Shown here one piece after another: positions 42,394-55,944 of a stretch of DNA of 64,000 bases (position 1 is the first letter of the stretch; every line of letters begins with the position of its first letter). The DNA is taken from NCBI RefSeq assembly GCF_009914755.1, contig NC_060929.1; one strand, given 5' to 3'. Made by a program: the position numbers and the translations under genes. The notes under the pieces were generated by a model, which worked only from the letters and a program-made list of their open reading frames with translations, made no database searches and had not been told where the DNA came from. The stretch comes from the human T2T-CHM13v2.0 reference genome, Homo sapiens.

Positions 42394-42923
42394 GTGATAT
42401 TTTCCCAGAAAATTTTTCATTTAATTTCTATTTTCTAAATTATTGTCATAAGTGTGTTCATACTACTTGTGTTATATTTTATAATTTAAGAACAAAAACT
42501 GTTGTTCCTTTTTACATTTAATATTTCATGTTAAATGTTTTTATTTAGATTTTTTCTTATTAGCCTATATTATTTTGTCCATTTCTTTAGTATTTTAAAA
42601 TAAACTTCTTTTAGATACATTGATTTTCTCTACTGTATCTTTGTTTTCTATTTCATTGTTATTTAATTTTATCTTAATTATCTTTCATTCTCTTTGGTCT
42701 CATTTATTTGATTTCTAATCTAACTTAATATGTATATGTAACTCCTTAGTTATCAGCCTTTTCTAACATAAATATTTAAAACTATGTATTTCTTTCTTAG
42801 TGTTTATTTTAGTATGTTCCAGCAATTTTGATTTGTGATACATTTTTTACTATTAAGTTCTAATTTTTTGACTGTTAAATTAGTCAACTATCAGAATACA
42901 TATGGTACATTTCTCACTATGGT

Positions 42924-43796
42924 TGACACAGGATTCCTTCTGTGCCACTTCACCACATGGAAATCTCGGTGGCAATGGCACCCCTGCCTGGGCCTCTCTT
43001 GGCTCCATGCTTGCTGCTGGGCTCACTTCACCTACTCTGCCTGGCAGCCTGTACTCAGCTCATGCTACCAGCCTGGATTTTGTGCTCAGCCTGTGGGTGG
43101 GCTGGGCATACTGCAGTCTGCTTCCACCTTGGGTACTGGCATCTGGATGAGGGAATGTGGTGGAGCCTGTAAACTAGGAGATGACAGCAACTGCGGAGCC
43201 CCAAGCGGTGTTATGGCTCTTGCCCACAGAGTCCCAAGGTCTGAGCCCCCAAGCACTTTTACTGTTCTCTCTCCTTCCCACCACTCACAGATAAGCAAAT
43301 GGGGTCTGGGGGAGGGGGGCGGGAGTGTTACAGATTCTTCGTGTTACAGCTCTCATTTGTTCCTCCCAGTTGGTGGGTTTTGGGTTCTTGTCCTGCATCC
43401 AAGAAAAATGAGGCTACATGGACACTACAGAGTGAGCAACGTAGAAAAGGGTTTTGTTGAGTGACAAAACATCTCTTGTCATGAGAGGGTACCTGAAGTG
43501 GGTGGCCCTCTGTGTGAGAGGGGGCCCAAAAGTGAATAGCCCCACATGTGGCTGAGTCTGGGGTAATTATGGGCTCAGAATGGGGGAATGTGAGGTGATT
43601 GGTCCATGGACAGGCCTGGAAAAAGCCCCATTTGATTGGCTAAAAGGCATCGAAGAAGTTCTCACTCTGATCATGGACTCTACCTGGACTGCCAACCCTG
43701 TTTTCAGGCTTTAAATTGTCCTTGGTTTGAAGGTTGAGTTTTACTGGGGACCTGTCCCTGTCTGCCTAGGAATTTTTCTCCCTCCTGCTGCTATCA
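42924..43796 (-). mobile_element. LTR28-like ERV1 LTR (3' LTR of the adjacent internal region)
   Basis: Reverse complement begins TGATAGCAGCAGGAGGGAGAAAAATTCCTAGGCAGACAGGG; preceded on the minus strand by a purine-rich PPT-like tract. Confidence 0.7.
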
Positions 43797-45255
43797 ATCT
43801 CCGCTCTGAAAAGGTACATCTAACTGACGTTAGGATAAGGACAGTTACTGCTCTTACTGCTTCATGCCGACAGGGGGCATTGTTTTGGGAAAATGCAGTC
43901 AGATTTCTCTCAGAGGTTTATCTAAGGGTCTCCAGTGAAAGCCATTACCCAAGGCGCATTTGCATAACCATTTGGAGTTTGATGGTCTCTAGGCGAGAAG
44001 AAGCAAATTTTACAAGAAGGTTAAGTATGAATGGGCCAAGTATTAGCATTATAAAAAGAGGAGCTAAAAGGAAATTTCTAGTGCCAAAGATAACAGAAAT
44101 AAGAAGTAAAAGAGACTAATCATTCTGAAAACAATGTTGTGGCCAGAGCTGTTTCACTCTGGTGAAAAATAATTAAATCTTTATAGGGGGCAATTCAACT
44201 TGAGAGATAACTGTTTACGGAAGTAGATAATCCCATGGGAGTTCAGGATTAAGGGGTCCTTGGTAAACATGCCTGATGGTGAGGAACAGAACAAAGGTGA
44301 TAACAGCAAGCATAGGGGAGGCCATAAAGAGGATATTCATGGAAAGTTAATTATTGACACTTATCTTTGTGATTGTTTGCCTGAGGTCTCCAATTTCTTC
44401 ATACACACTGGTATTTTGGGTGCTCTTCTGGGTCAACAGAGGTAATTCTGTCAGTTTCCCCCTTTACTTAAGTATAATGAATCCAAGAATATATTTCAGT
44501 GACCTTTACTGTCATAGGAGTAGAAAGAAGAACAGTGTAAGGTCCCTCCCACTCTGGGCCTACAGAGAGAGAAAGGAAAGAAGTGCCTTTACCAGTCCTA
44601 AGTCCCCTGGGTTGAATAGACATGGCCCTAGTTCACAGGGTTAGGCCTCCAACAATTGTTTCAGTTCCTGTTGGAAATGGGCCAACACAGTTACATGTTT
44701 AATCAAATCAGAGGATTCTTGGTCTAGCAAGAAATTGTTAGCGGGAAAAGGCCATCCATACATCATTTCAAAGAGACTTAAACCCAGTTTCAAAGGGGTG
44801 TTTCAAACAGGTAGTAGGGTTGTGGGAAGAAGAGTGATCCAGGGGAGATGAGTCTCTTGAGACAGTTTTCTGAGGTGTCTTTTGATAATATCATTTGTCT
44901 TCGTCTCCTGAGGATTGTGGTCTCCAATCACAATAAAGATGATATTGTGTGCATAGTGCATTTGAGACCCCTTGGGTGACAGCCACCTTGCACAAGGGGC
45001 CATTATCACTCTAGAGGTACTCAGGGAGTCTAAAGTGAGAAATAATTTCATTAATTCATACTTTTATTACCTCAGAAGCTTTCTCTGTTAGATATAGAAA
45101 GGCTTCTCCCTAGGTAGTGAATGTATCTACCCATACCAGTAAGGAAGTACTGGATGTCCTTTGTCTTTGGCATATTGGTGAAATTCACCTACCAGTCTTC
45201 CCCTAGGTAGCCTGTCATTCTTTGGTTTCCAGCAGGGATAAGTCAATAATTTTAG
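43797..45255 (-). pseudogene. HUERS-P-like ERV internal remnant with integrase fragment
   Basis: Minus-strand translation gives EDW*VNFTNMP, LVWVDTFT, L*SDNGP, KRHLRKLSQETHLPWITLLP and TPLKLGLSLFEMMYG. Confidence 0.8.
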
Positions 45256-46479
45256 AGATTACATTAGAGTAAGGGAGTAAGGTTGTCAAGATCATAAGAG
45301 GATTGTAGAGATACTCTGAGTGGTACTGAGTGCTTCCTGGCAGTGAATATGATTATATAATTACAGATATTTTTTGAACTTTCATTGCCTAGACTACTAC
45401 CATATATTCTAATTATCCACCATTTTTTATGCAGCTGGCTATAGCACACAGCTTTCCTTAAGTGCATTGCCAGTGCATGGGGCTTTGAAAGCTACCGTGA
45501 CTCTTGGCAGGAAAAGTCTAAGATGTGCTTGGGGCACTCTCCACACCGTTTGATTCAAAATATGAAACTAATGCTGAGGGGGGAAAAAAGCACATTCACA
45601 CAAATTTTAATTCATGTTCCAGGTCCCCTGCTAAACAATTGTTTAAAAGTAATGTATCATTTATCCCTCGCAATTACCCTATGAAGCAACTGCTACAAAG
45701 ACCCTTCAGCTGTGGCTATTTCGGCTCATTCTGAGCCAGGGTTCTGATTGTACAGTAGTCATTAAAAGGCTGCCCCTTTTGAAGGACGTTTCTCTTTCAC
45801 TGCTCACGTCAACTCTCCATGGGTCTTAGCAAAGGCTGGCATATTTGTCACATGGGTATACTGTAGAATGTGAAATTAAAATGAGACTTGCTTGAGAGAG
45901 ATTTTTGTTCTGAAGGGAGAACGGTGTTTTAGTACTTATTTCCATCACTCCTAGGGTAGATGGACAGAAAATGTCTGCCTAAAAGAATTTGTCGAATGAA
46001 GCTGCCAAGGTTACAAGAAACACAGTGGTAGCAGAAAGAAGGCCAGAGAAGCATTACTTTTTAGGTCTTTATACAGAACATGAGGCTTGGAAAAAGCCAT
46101 CCTTCCAGCAACTTTTCTTCCTTGTGTTGCTTCTGTGGTCCAGAGGATTCAATTTGGGAAGGATGTTGGCATTCTTTTTTCATATGCAATGCTTTCTGCA
46201 TAAAGAATGTTTTTTTCCATATTCCTTAAAACCATATCATTTTCTTTAACACTCTTTAATTTCTGCCAGTTACTTTCTCAGCGAGTTTTGCAATATCACA
46301 CTTGTTTTTTTCTTTTCCCTATCTAACATTTTTTTTTTCTAAAGATTTCTTTCTCATCCATGTTTGCATTTTTGGGTATGTTCTTTTTATCATCATCATT
46401 ATCATCACCATTATTATTCTAGATTGAACACAAAATTAACATATAAATCTTTGACAGTTAAGAAAAATGTGATTTAATT

Positions 46480-46660
46480 TAGTTTTGTGTAGTGGAAAGA
46501 GTACTTGAAATCTCACGATCTCTATTTGAATCCTGACTCTGCAGTGCCCTCGCCTTCTGCCACATTGGATGAGAGCTTTGTATTCTCTCTAGTCTTCAAT
46601 TTTCTCATTTGTGAAATGAAAAAGTTAAAGTAAATACTCTCTAACCCCTCTTCCAGCACT
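46480..46660 (+). mobile_element. MIR
   Basis: gtgtagtggaaagagtactt...ttgaatcctgactctg...ttttctcatttgtgaaatg. Confidence 0.6.
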
Positions 46661-47262
46661 GCTAACACAAGGACCAGCTTTCTCCCAAGATGATGCTGCC
46701 TCACACAGTGATTTAATTTTTCTGTTTATACCCACCTTCTTCCAAAAATTATTTGAGGGTATCTGTGAAGGATACACAAGAAACCAATAACATGGGTTAT
46801 TTTGGGGTGAAGGAACATCAAGGCTGAGAGACAGGAGTAGAAGAGAAGATTCAGGCCATCTGGATTTTGACCAGATAAACCTGTTTTCAATTCCAACAAA
46901 TGAACAAAATGTAAAACTGTAATCAAGAGTAGTTACCTGAGCAGACTTTTTTAAAAATTCATTTTGGTCTATTCTGTGATTATAGTGACTCAAAATAATA
47001 CTTTACTAAAGCTGTAAGGGTAGGAAAAAGTCAGTAGAATTTAGCTTTTTCTTTACCATTTTAATAGTAGAAAGAAATGCTAATGAACAACAAAATAGCC
47101 AGAATAAATAAAAAATTTGAGTAACATTTATTGAGACTTTTAGCACTGGAGACTTGCATTTATGCAATATTTATTGGATCTATGTTTTATATTTCTAGAC
47201 AAATTTAGAGCTAAGACTTGAGTCTAACATTCTCTGCACACACACTTAAGAAAGATGTCCCC

Positions 47263-47583
47263 GGCCGGATGTGGTGGCTCACGCCTGTAATCCCAGCACT
47301 TTGGGAAGCTGAGGTGGGCAGATCACGAGGTCAGGAGTTTGAGACCAGCCTGGCCAACATAGTGAAACCCCGTTTCTACTAAAGATACAAAAAATTAGCC
47401 AGGTGTGGTGGCGTGCACCCATAATCCCAGCTACTCGGGAAGCTGAGGCACTAGAGTCTCTAGAACCTGGGTGGTTACTGTGAGCCAAGATCACGTCATT
47501 GCACTCCAGCCTGGGTGACAGGAGAGACTCTGTCTCAAAAAAAAAAAAAAAAAAAAAAAAAGAAAGAAAGAAAGAAAAGAGAA
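47263..47583 (+). mobile_element. AluS with A/GAAA tail
   Basis: Full dimer; TSD aagaaagatgt.cc on both sides. Confidence 0.92.
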
Positions 47584-48102
47584 AAGAAAGATGTTCCACA
47601 AGACCTTTACTCCCCCAGCTGTTATTATAGGCCTCAAACTTTATTAAGCAATTATACTGCTCTACACATGTTGATAAGGACATTTAAAAACGGTTATTAA
47701 TTTTTAGAAAAATTTAAGATAGAAAATGAGAGAAGTTATGTCCAATTTGTGAAAATAATCCAATTAAACACAAACTTTTAAAAATTATAAAAATTACTTT
47801 GAGTAAATAGACACATTCAAAAACATTTTGTATGTCTTCTAACAAATAATCATTACTTTTTTTCAGGTATGTTGGAGCAAATTAGTGTTTAAACACCTGT
47901 TCAGAAGAATTAACAGATTGCAGTATAGCATGAATACTATCCCTCTGGTCATTACTTATCCTGGCACATAGGCATCGAAGCATTTTGTTTGCTCAAGGCT
48001 AATTAATCTGTATTGATTCTTCACTGAGAAGTGAATATTAAAAAATTACTTAAAAATGTACCTTGATTTTTTTTAAAAGAGCATCCTTTGCTATATAATA
48101 TT

Positions 48103-48930
48103 TGTTAAATCAAACTAAAATTTGGCCTGATAAAGACTTCATACTTGCATTCTGTATTAGCTCCTTCTCCTGCTGCTATGAAGAAATACCAGAGAATGGG
48201 TAATTTATAAATGAAAGAGGTTTAATTGACTCCCAGTTCCCCAGGGCTGGGGAGGCCTCAGGAAACTTACAATCATGGTGAAAGGGGAAGCAAACACATA
48301 CTTCTTCACATGGTGGCAGGATGGAGAAGAATGAGAGTCGAGTGAAAGGGGAAGTCCCTTGTAAAACCATCAGGTCTCTTGAGAACTTACTCACTATCAT
48401 GAGATTAGCACGGCAGAAACCTCCTCTATGATTCAATTACCTCTCACTGGGTCCTTCCCACAACATGTGGGGATTATGGGAGCTATAATTCAAGATGAGA
48501 TTTGGGTGGGGACACAAAGCCTAAGCATATCACATTCTTTAGTTATCCTGTACAAACTGCAATATATGCAAACTGAAAACCTAATTTAGGTGTGTGCTTC
48601 TGTAAAATAGCTGAGTTTCAGCCAAACCCAGCAACCAGACTTCATCCACTCACAGGCAACCAACTGTTTATTGTTGAAATAAGGCAAAAGCTGAGTTATA
48701 ACTAATCCAATTGTTTCTGGAGGTTACTTCCATTTTCTGTATGTCACTTTCCTTTTTCTGTACATAAGTTTTATCCAAACATGCAGCAGCCCCAGAGTCT
48801 CTCTGAATGTGTTCTGATGCTGGGAACTGCCTGATTCAAGAATCATTTTTTTTCTTGCTTAATTAGATTCTGTTAGATCCTATTAAATTTAATTTGTTTA
48901 AAGGTTTGTTTTGGTTTGTTTGATTTAACA
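48103..48930 (+). mobile_element. MER57-type 5' LTR, interrupted by THE1
   Basis: tgttaaatcaaactaaaatttggcctga...aaataaggcaaaagctgag...acttccattttctgtatgtcactt...ttaaca, immediately followed by a PBS. Confidence 0.78.
48153..48532 (-). mobile_element. THE1C-like solo LTR
   Basis: tgtattag...gggtggggacacaaagcctaagcatatca; perfect 5-bp TSD cattc. Confidence 0.9.
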
Positions 48931-48934
48931 GATC

Positions 48935-48952
48935 TGGTGTCAAAAGTGAGGA
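48935..48952 (+). other. Retroviral primer-binding site, tRNA-Leu-like
   Basis: tggtgtcaaaagtgagga, 4 nt after the LTR-terminal CA; resembles TGGTGTCAGAAGTGGGAT. Confidence 0.75.
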
Positions 48953-49161
48953 TCCAAAGTAAAACTCCAGTGACTCTCAGGATCACCAGGTGACCAGGAG
49001 GCAAGGTACTGTGGAGCCCACTGTGCTCCTTGCTCTCGTTTGTAACTGGAGTTCATGGACAAGTATTATTGTGGATTCTGAGCTCCACCAATTGTGTTCT
49101 GAGCAATTTTTTAAAGCAATATTTAGCTGGAATGACTGGAGGATCAGATTGGATTTGATAG

Positions 49162-49576
<415 letters not shown>

Positions 49577-49694
49577 GATTCCAGCTAATTTTATGTATAA
49601 AATTAGGAACCCAAGAACGTATGTCATTTTTAAAATTTGGGCTAACCTTACTAAATACAATGTAGAATTCAGATGGCCACAATAGGGAAGTTTT

Positions 49695-50008
<314 letters not shown>

Positions 50009-51379
50009 GGAAGTTTTAATTTGAACAAAATTGTGTATTTAAAGGCATATTATAAAAGGGGTGACCAAAAAGCCTGCAAAAGCAATTTCGTGTATTCTTT
50101 AATTGGCATGTGAAGGCATCTAAAAGATTAAATGAATGAAAAATTGCTATTGCAGAAAAAGCAAACAAAAAGTTTAAGCCACAGACTAAGGACATAACAG
50201 AAGAGGATTGTACTCTTGATTGAACTAACCCCAACTATTCCTTCTCTTTATCCATCTCTACCTAAATTCTCTGAGTCCACTAATCTTTTTCTAAATGACC
50301 TTTTCACCTTGATGATGATGAGAACAGAGAAGTTAGACAGACGCCTTACAAAGTAAGACCTGATCAGCCAGGCCTCTGGGCTGTTATCACCTTTTACTTT
50401 GTGGTCTAAAACTGAGCATAGAGTCATTGTAAAGAACTTCCCTGACTCAAGGGAACATCCTCAAGAATGTATTGAGGAATTTAGAATCATCATAGGAGCT
50501 TACGATCCAGGGCTTTCTGACCTTTACTGATTTATTCCCATGACATTGGGACCTAGCAAAGCTCAGAAATGGATGACAGCAGCAGATTGGGACAGACCTA
50601 AGGAGGATATTAAAGATCCCCCCACACCCCCTTATGAGAAGGGCCAAACTGAGCTATGAAAATTGCTGAAAATCCTTTAGATTCAATTTCTACATATGTT
50701 TCACAGAAAAATAATTGGTTCATCATTCAATTTTGCAGACCAAAAAACAAAAACAAAAACAAAAAATTGACCCAGTTTTAGATTACAGAACTCAGAAATA
50801 CTGTATTTGAAATGTTCTAGGCTCAACATACAGCAAGCAGTCTTTTCTGCAGGTACTGAAATGGGATTAACTAATCTATTTATAAATAGATCCTGTCCTT
50901 AACTCAACAGTTTAATTTAAAAACATAAACTTAGATGGGTAGTGACAGATGTGACTCAATGGATAGCCTTAGCTGAACATTTTGAGAGGACATCAGAGTG
51001 AGAACAAAACCCCAGAAGGGTAACAAGCTTATGTCTGTCCTGTTACTATGGTTACGGGGTCCGAAACCAAAGGGGCCTTCTTGTTTTTCTTTTAAATCAC
51101 AACCAAGAGGTAGAGAATAAGAAATTCTGTACTCCAGGATATCTGCTTTTATTGCAAATAACAAAGACACTGGAAAAGAGATTGTCCAGATTTATATCAG
51201 TCCACTCATAAGCCTCCCCCATTTAGACCAGACTGTTTCTCCCCTAGAGGCAGCCCAAGAGATCTTAGCCCTTGTGGTGATAATAGACATTGTGGAGGCC
51301 CTCAGGGAGTCTCCTGTAAATTGCCCTTGCCCCCTCCCCAACTTAACGTCCATTTTTCTCCACAATATCCTTAAATAAA

Positions 51380-54300
51380 CCTGAAGAAACAGGGTCAAAA
51401 TAAATGAGCAATCCTGTACAATACTGGTGGATATGAGAGCCACATTATCTACCATAAACTCCACTTAAATCGATCAACAAATCCCTCTGAGTAAAAAGGT
51501 CATTTCTGTGGTGGCGCTTTTGAATCAAGTTCAAGAGGCTTCCATATCTGAACAAATCCAATTTACTTTGCAGCCATTTTCAGAAAAATGTACCTTTCTG
51601 CTATGTGATACTGCCCCAGTAAATTTGCTAGGGTGAGAATCACTTTCATTGCTAACAGAGCATATGAAATTCTTCTATGAGGGAGAAGTAATCTTAGAGT
51701 TTTTGACTCTCCTCAATCAGAACGGTTATGCTCTCTACAGGCAGAAATTGGTAAGATCAAAAATCAGGCCTATAAACCTGCATCTTTTCTAAAATACCTG
51801 AAGGTTTATGGGCCTTTTCCTTAACTGATATAGAAATAATTAAAAGTATGGAACTTTTAAAAGTCCAAATAGATCGTTCTAAATCCTTGCCTAAATTACC
51901 CCAGTATCCACTAAAACTCAAATTAGTTCAAATGCTCTCACCAGTGGTAGAAGAGTCAATTAAACAAGGACTTATAATTCTGTGTACCAGTCTTTGTAAC
52001 ACTCGAATCCTACCAGTTAACAAACCAGATGGACAAGCTTAGAGATTTATTCAAGATTTACAGACAATTAATAAAATTGTAATACCAAGGTTTCCTGTAG
52101 TCCCAGATAGTGATATCTTAATGTCTAATATACCCACTGATTCGAAGTGGTTTGCAGTAGCAAACCTCTGCTCAGCCTTTTTTTTTAGCATTCCAGTTCA
52201 TAAATAGAGTCAATACTTATTTGCTTTACTTGGAAAAATCAGCAGTTCACCTGGATAGTAATGCCACAAGGATTAATGTAGTTTTCCTAGGCATTGCATC
52301 AGGACTTAACCCTATAGAGTGCTGGAAATTCTACTCATACTCAATATGTAAATGACCTGTAGTTATGCACTCTGCCACTAAAGAGTGCTTTGAAATTTCC
52401 TCAATTTACCTTTTATAGCAAGTTGCATGTAAAGGTCACAAGACTTTGATGATAAAACTTTAGTTTTCAAGAGAAGAGGTCAACTGTTTTTGACACAATT
52501 TGATTGCTGAAGCAATTTCCTTCTCACCTGAAATAATACAAACTACCTAAAGTTTTCCTTGCCCTGCAACCCAACACAAGGACTTTTCTTGCGCTTATAG
52601 AATATTACAGATACTGAGTCCTGAATTTTTCCTTTATGGCCTCACCATTCTATGAACTCACTAGAACATAGTACCTAAGGTCTTAACCTTGGAAAGACAG
52701 TCATGCACCAACTTTTAACCAAATGAAATTGGCCTCAAAACCACCCCTCACTTTAGAAATTCCAAATTACAGTAAATCTTTTACCTTGTTCCCTTCATGA
52801 ATGTAATAATTGGGTACTAAGATTTCTTACCCAAGAACATGGGGGAAACAGGGCCATGGCATAATATAGCCTGCAATTAGAACCAATAACTGAAGCATAT
52901 CCTAATTGTTTAAAAGCAGGAGCAGCAGCAACCTACTTGATAGAAGCAACTGCCTGGTTTTAAGAGATGAACTTAATTTGCAAGTCCCACATGAGGTGGA
53001 AAGTCTATTAAATTCCAGCCAGACTCAGCATTTTTTACCAATAGACTAACATCTTAGAAATTCTTCTCTTGTCTCCTAACCTTTCATCAAAAATGCTGAA
53101 ACCCATCTAAGCCTGCTACTCTATTACCTCTGCCTGACGATGTGAAGACCACAACTGTGTAAATGTAATATCAGAAATAGTGTCCCCTCCTGTAGATTTA
53201 TGAGCTGCTCCACGATAATCCTAAATTAATACGTTTTGTTGATGGGTTCTATGCCAAAAACTCAGAAGAAAAATATCAGTTGAGGTATGATGTTACCACC
53301 AAAAATGAGTTAATAGAGAAGGAAACTCTTACTTAAGTCACCTCAACCTGTGAAGCTTATTGCTCTCACCCAAGCTTGTCATACAGCTAAGGACAAGTCA
53401 GTATATGTTTATACAGATAGCAAATATGCTTCTGGGGTCTTACATGATTTTGGCATGTTATGTAAACAATGAGGGTTTCTCACCTCTACTACTACTAGTA
53501 GTAGATTTTACAGCTATCCTGTTACAATTACAGATTGACGTTGTTAAGTTTGAAGCTCACACGTGTAGAAATGAATCGGAAAATCAAGGGAATGCCTTAG
53601 AAGATTTTTGTGTTAAATGAACTAGTGTTGAAATTGCTGGAGTATGCAATTTGAATGAACTCCGTCAGATTGATCCAAGTCAACTCTCTTGTGATGACTT
53701 ATTTAATAAATAGTGCAATGGCCCTGATTTAAAAAAAAAAACAAAATTGGTATCTAACAGGATGTAAATTCAATGTTAGATGTGGACCCATATAGGAACT
53801 GGATGGTTGTCTGGCCCTTCTTCAGTCTTTGAAACTTCCATTGTTAAAAGTTCTGCACTCCAAAAATCATCATAGAACAGACAAAAGATTCAAATTATGA
53901 AAAAATATTGGTGCGGTGACTTCCAAAATGCTAAAACAGTTTAAAATCAATGTTTGGTTTTTCAAATTTATAATCCCTGGAAAACAATAAAAACCTTAGG
54001 TGGTATATTTCTGCCACCTGATTTGAACATTTACAGATGGATTTCATTTAGATATGACCCTCAGTAGAGTATTAGTATGTTTTTGTAATATTTTTCATGT
54101 TATCTGGTTGGGTAGAGGCTCTTTCATGAAGAAAAACTGATATTGTGACAGTAGCTAAACAATTATTAGAAAATGTGTTTCTTTCATGGGACATCCCTGG
54201 AAAAATCTCCAGCAACAGTGAAACTTATTTTACTGAGCAAGTTACAAAGAAGTTAAGTAAAATGTTAGGGATACAGTGGCATTACCACTGTCCTTATTAA

Positions 54301-55340
54301 TTTCAATTTTTTGGAATGGCTGAAAGAACAAGTAGTTTCTTACAACTGAAATTGGCAAAATTAACCGAGTCAATCGGGTTGCCATGGCCCAAGGTACTAC
54401 CACTGGCTTTAATGGCAATCAGATCCATTGCCATTGAAAAGCATTAAGTTTACCCTTCATGAAATAGTTACTGGAAGGCCTTGTCCCTAATATTAGAACC
54501 TCCTGCATCTCTCACTCTTGTAAACTCTGATATGACTAAATTCTGTAAGGTTTTAATGCATTATGTCAAAGTGTATTTTCACCAGATAAAGGATGCTTTT
54601 CCTGATCCACCAACTGAGGAAAATCAAACCTTTTATGGTCTAGAAATTAGAGACTGGGTCTTCTGGAAATGACATTAGAGGAAGACCACCAGTGATCCTC
54701 CTTGGAAAGAACCATATATGAACCCCAAAAAATCTGAGACAGGCCTTGGTTAATTTAGAAAGTTTATTTTGCCAAGGCCAAGAAAATGTGTGCCCATGAC
54801 ACAGCTTCAGGAGGTCCTGATGACATATGTCCAAGATGATCAGAGCACAGTTTGGTTTTATACATTCAAGGGAGACATGAGACATCAATCAACATATGCA
54901 AGATGAACATCGGTTTGGTCTGGAAAGGCGAGATGACTCAAAGCAAAGGCAGGAAGACCTGTAGTGAGGAGAGGGCTTCTAGGTCATAGGTAGATAAGAG
55001 AAAAATGGTTGTATTCTTATGAGTTTCTGATTAGCCTCTCCAATGGAGGCAATCAGATATGTATTTATCTCAGTAAGCAGAGGGTTGACTTTGAATAGAA
55101 TGGGAGGTAGGTTGGCCCTAACAGTTCCCAGTTTGACTTTTCCCTTTAGCTTAGTAATTTGGTGGCCTCAAGATTTATTTTCCTTTCACACATATCAAGT
55201 CCTTCTCACCACCTACACTACAGTAAAGCTTCAGGGCCTCGAAACTTGGGTCCACATTTCACAGTTGAAAAGGGACCCTTCAAACTTTTGGAACTGCACA
55301 CCTGTTGGAGACTTTAAGGTAAAGCTAAACAGAAAAATTT
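51380..55340 (+). pseudogene. ERV pro-pol remnant (protease, RT, RNase H, integrase)
   Basis: LVDMRATLST (51424), PVNLLG, CNTRILPVNKPDG, RFIQDL, FTWIVMPQG, QYVNDL (52342), FVDG, YTDSKYA, LQMDFI, SGWVEA, WKEP|YQVLLTT and WVHISQLK. Confidence 0.88.
54717..55190 (-). mobile_element. MER4A1-type solo LTR inserted in integrase
   Basis: gaaccccaaaaaatctgagacagg...gatttattttcctttcaca; perfect 4-bp TSD cata. Confidence 0.87.
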
Positions 55341-55429
55341 CTCCCACGGACAGCTTTCAAGACTTTTGTCTTGACCAAAGACTTTAAAAAAAAATTAACC
55401 TTTTTAAAAATTAATGTTCATTTTATTCA

Positions 55430-55940
55430 GAGGGACCTTACTCTTGGCACTAGTGGGGTACCAGTTCCATGGAATTTAATGCTAATTCATAAATTGGGAA
55501 AAATCTTAAATAATGTATCCAATTAAACCTCCTAGGGATTTAGATAGGTAGAAACCACTCTCTGAAAGGCAGATGATAACATATGGATTTGACAAAAACA
55601 AACAAACCAACATACAAAATAAACAATGAAACATAGTGCAGCTCTAGATCTCTTTTATGCTCAAGTTGTGGGCTTATGTTCCTTATGTTTAGTTTTGAAC
55701 AAAACTGAATGTTTTACCTATCTGTCACCTGATTTTATTAGTACAGAAAGCTTAATTTAAAAGTTGAGTGTTAACTACTGCTTTCTTAAACATTGCCACC
55801 AAGTACATTAAGGAAATCTCCCCAGAGAAGGAAGCACATCATATGTTTAAGGGGGCAAGTAACAGTTGATTTTCAAGCATCTTAAATAGTGGATGGCAAT
55901 CTTAGGTTTTCCAAAATTTTCAAATTTTTGTATTTCTTCT
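55430..55940 (+). pseudogene. ERV env TM remnant
   Basis: HSAALDLFYAQVVGLC...LVLNKTECFTY at ~55632-55722 resembles the gamma-type immunosuppressive domain plus CX6CC region. Confidence 0.65.
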
Positions 55941-55944
55941 ATCA

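Noticed and set aside
42835-43464. 209-aa ORF
   Set aside because: Antisense reading of the LTR28-like LTR; no domain
48935-48952. tRNA gene
   Set aside because: An 18-nt complement of a tRNA 3' end (PBS), not a cloverleaf
55430-55940. env as a syncytin-like co-opted gene
   Set aside because: Only a short TM remnant, with stops, a small duplication and no SU or open frame
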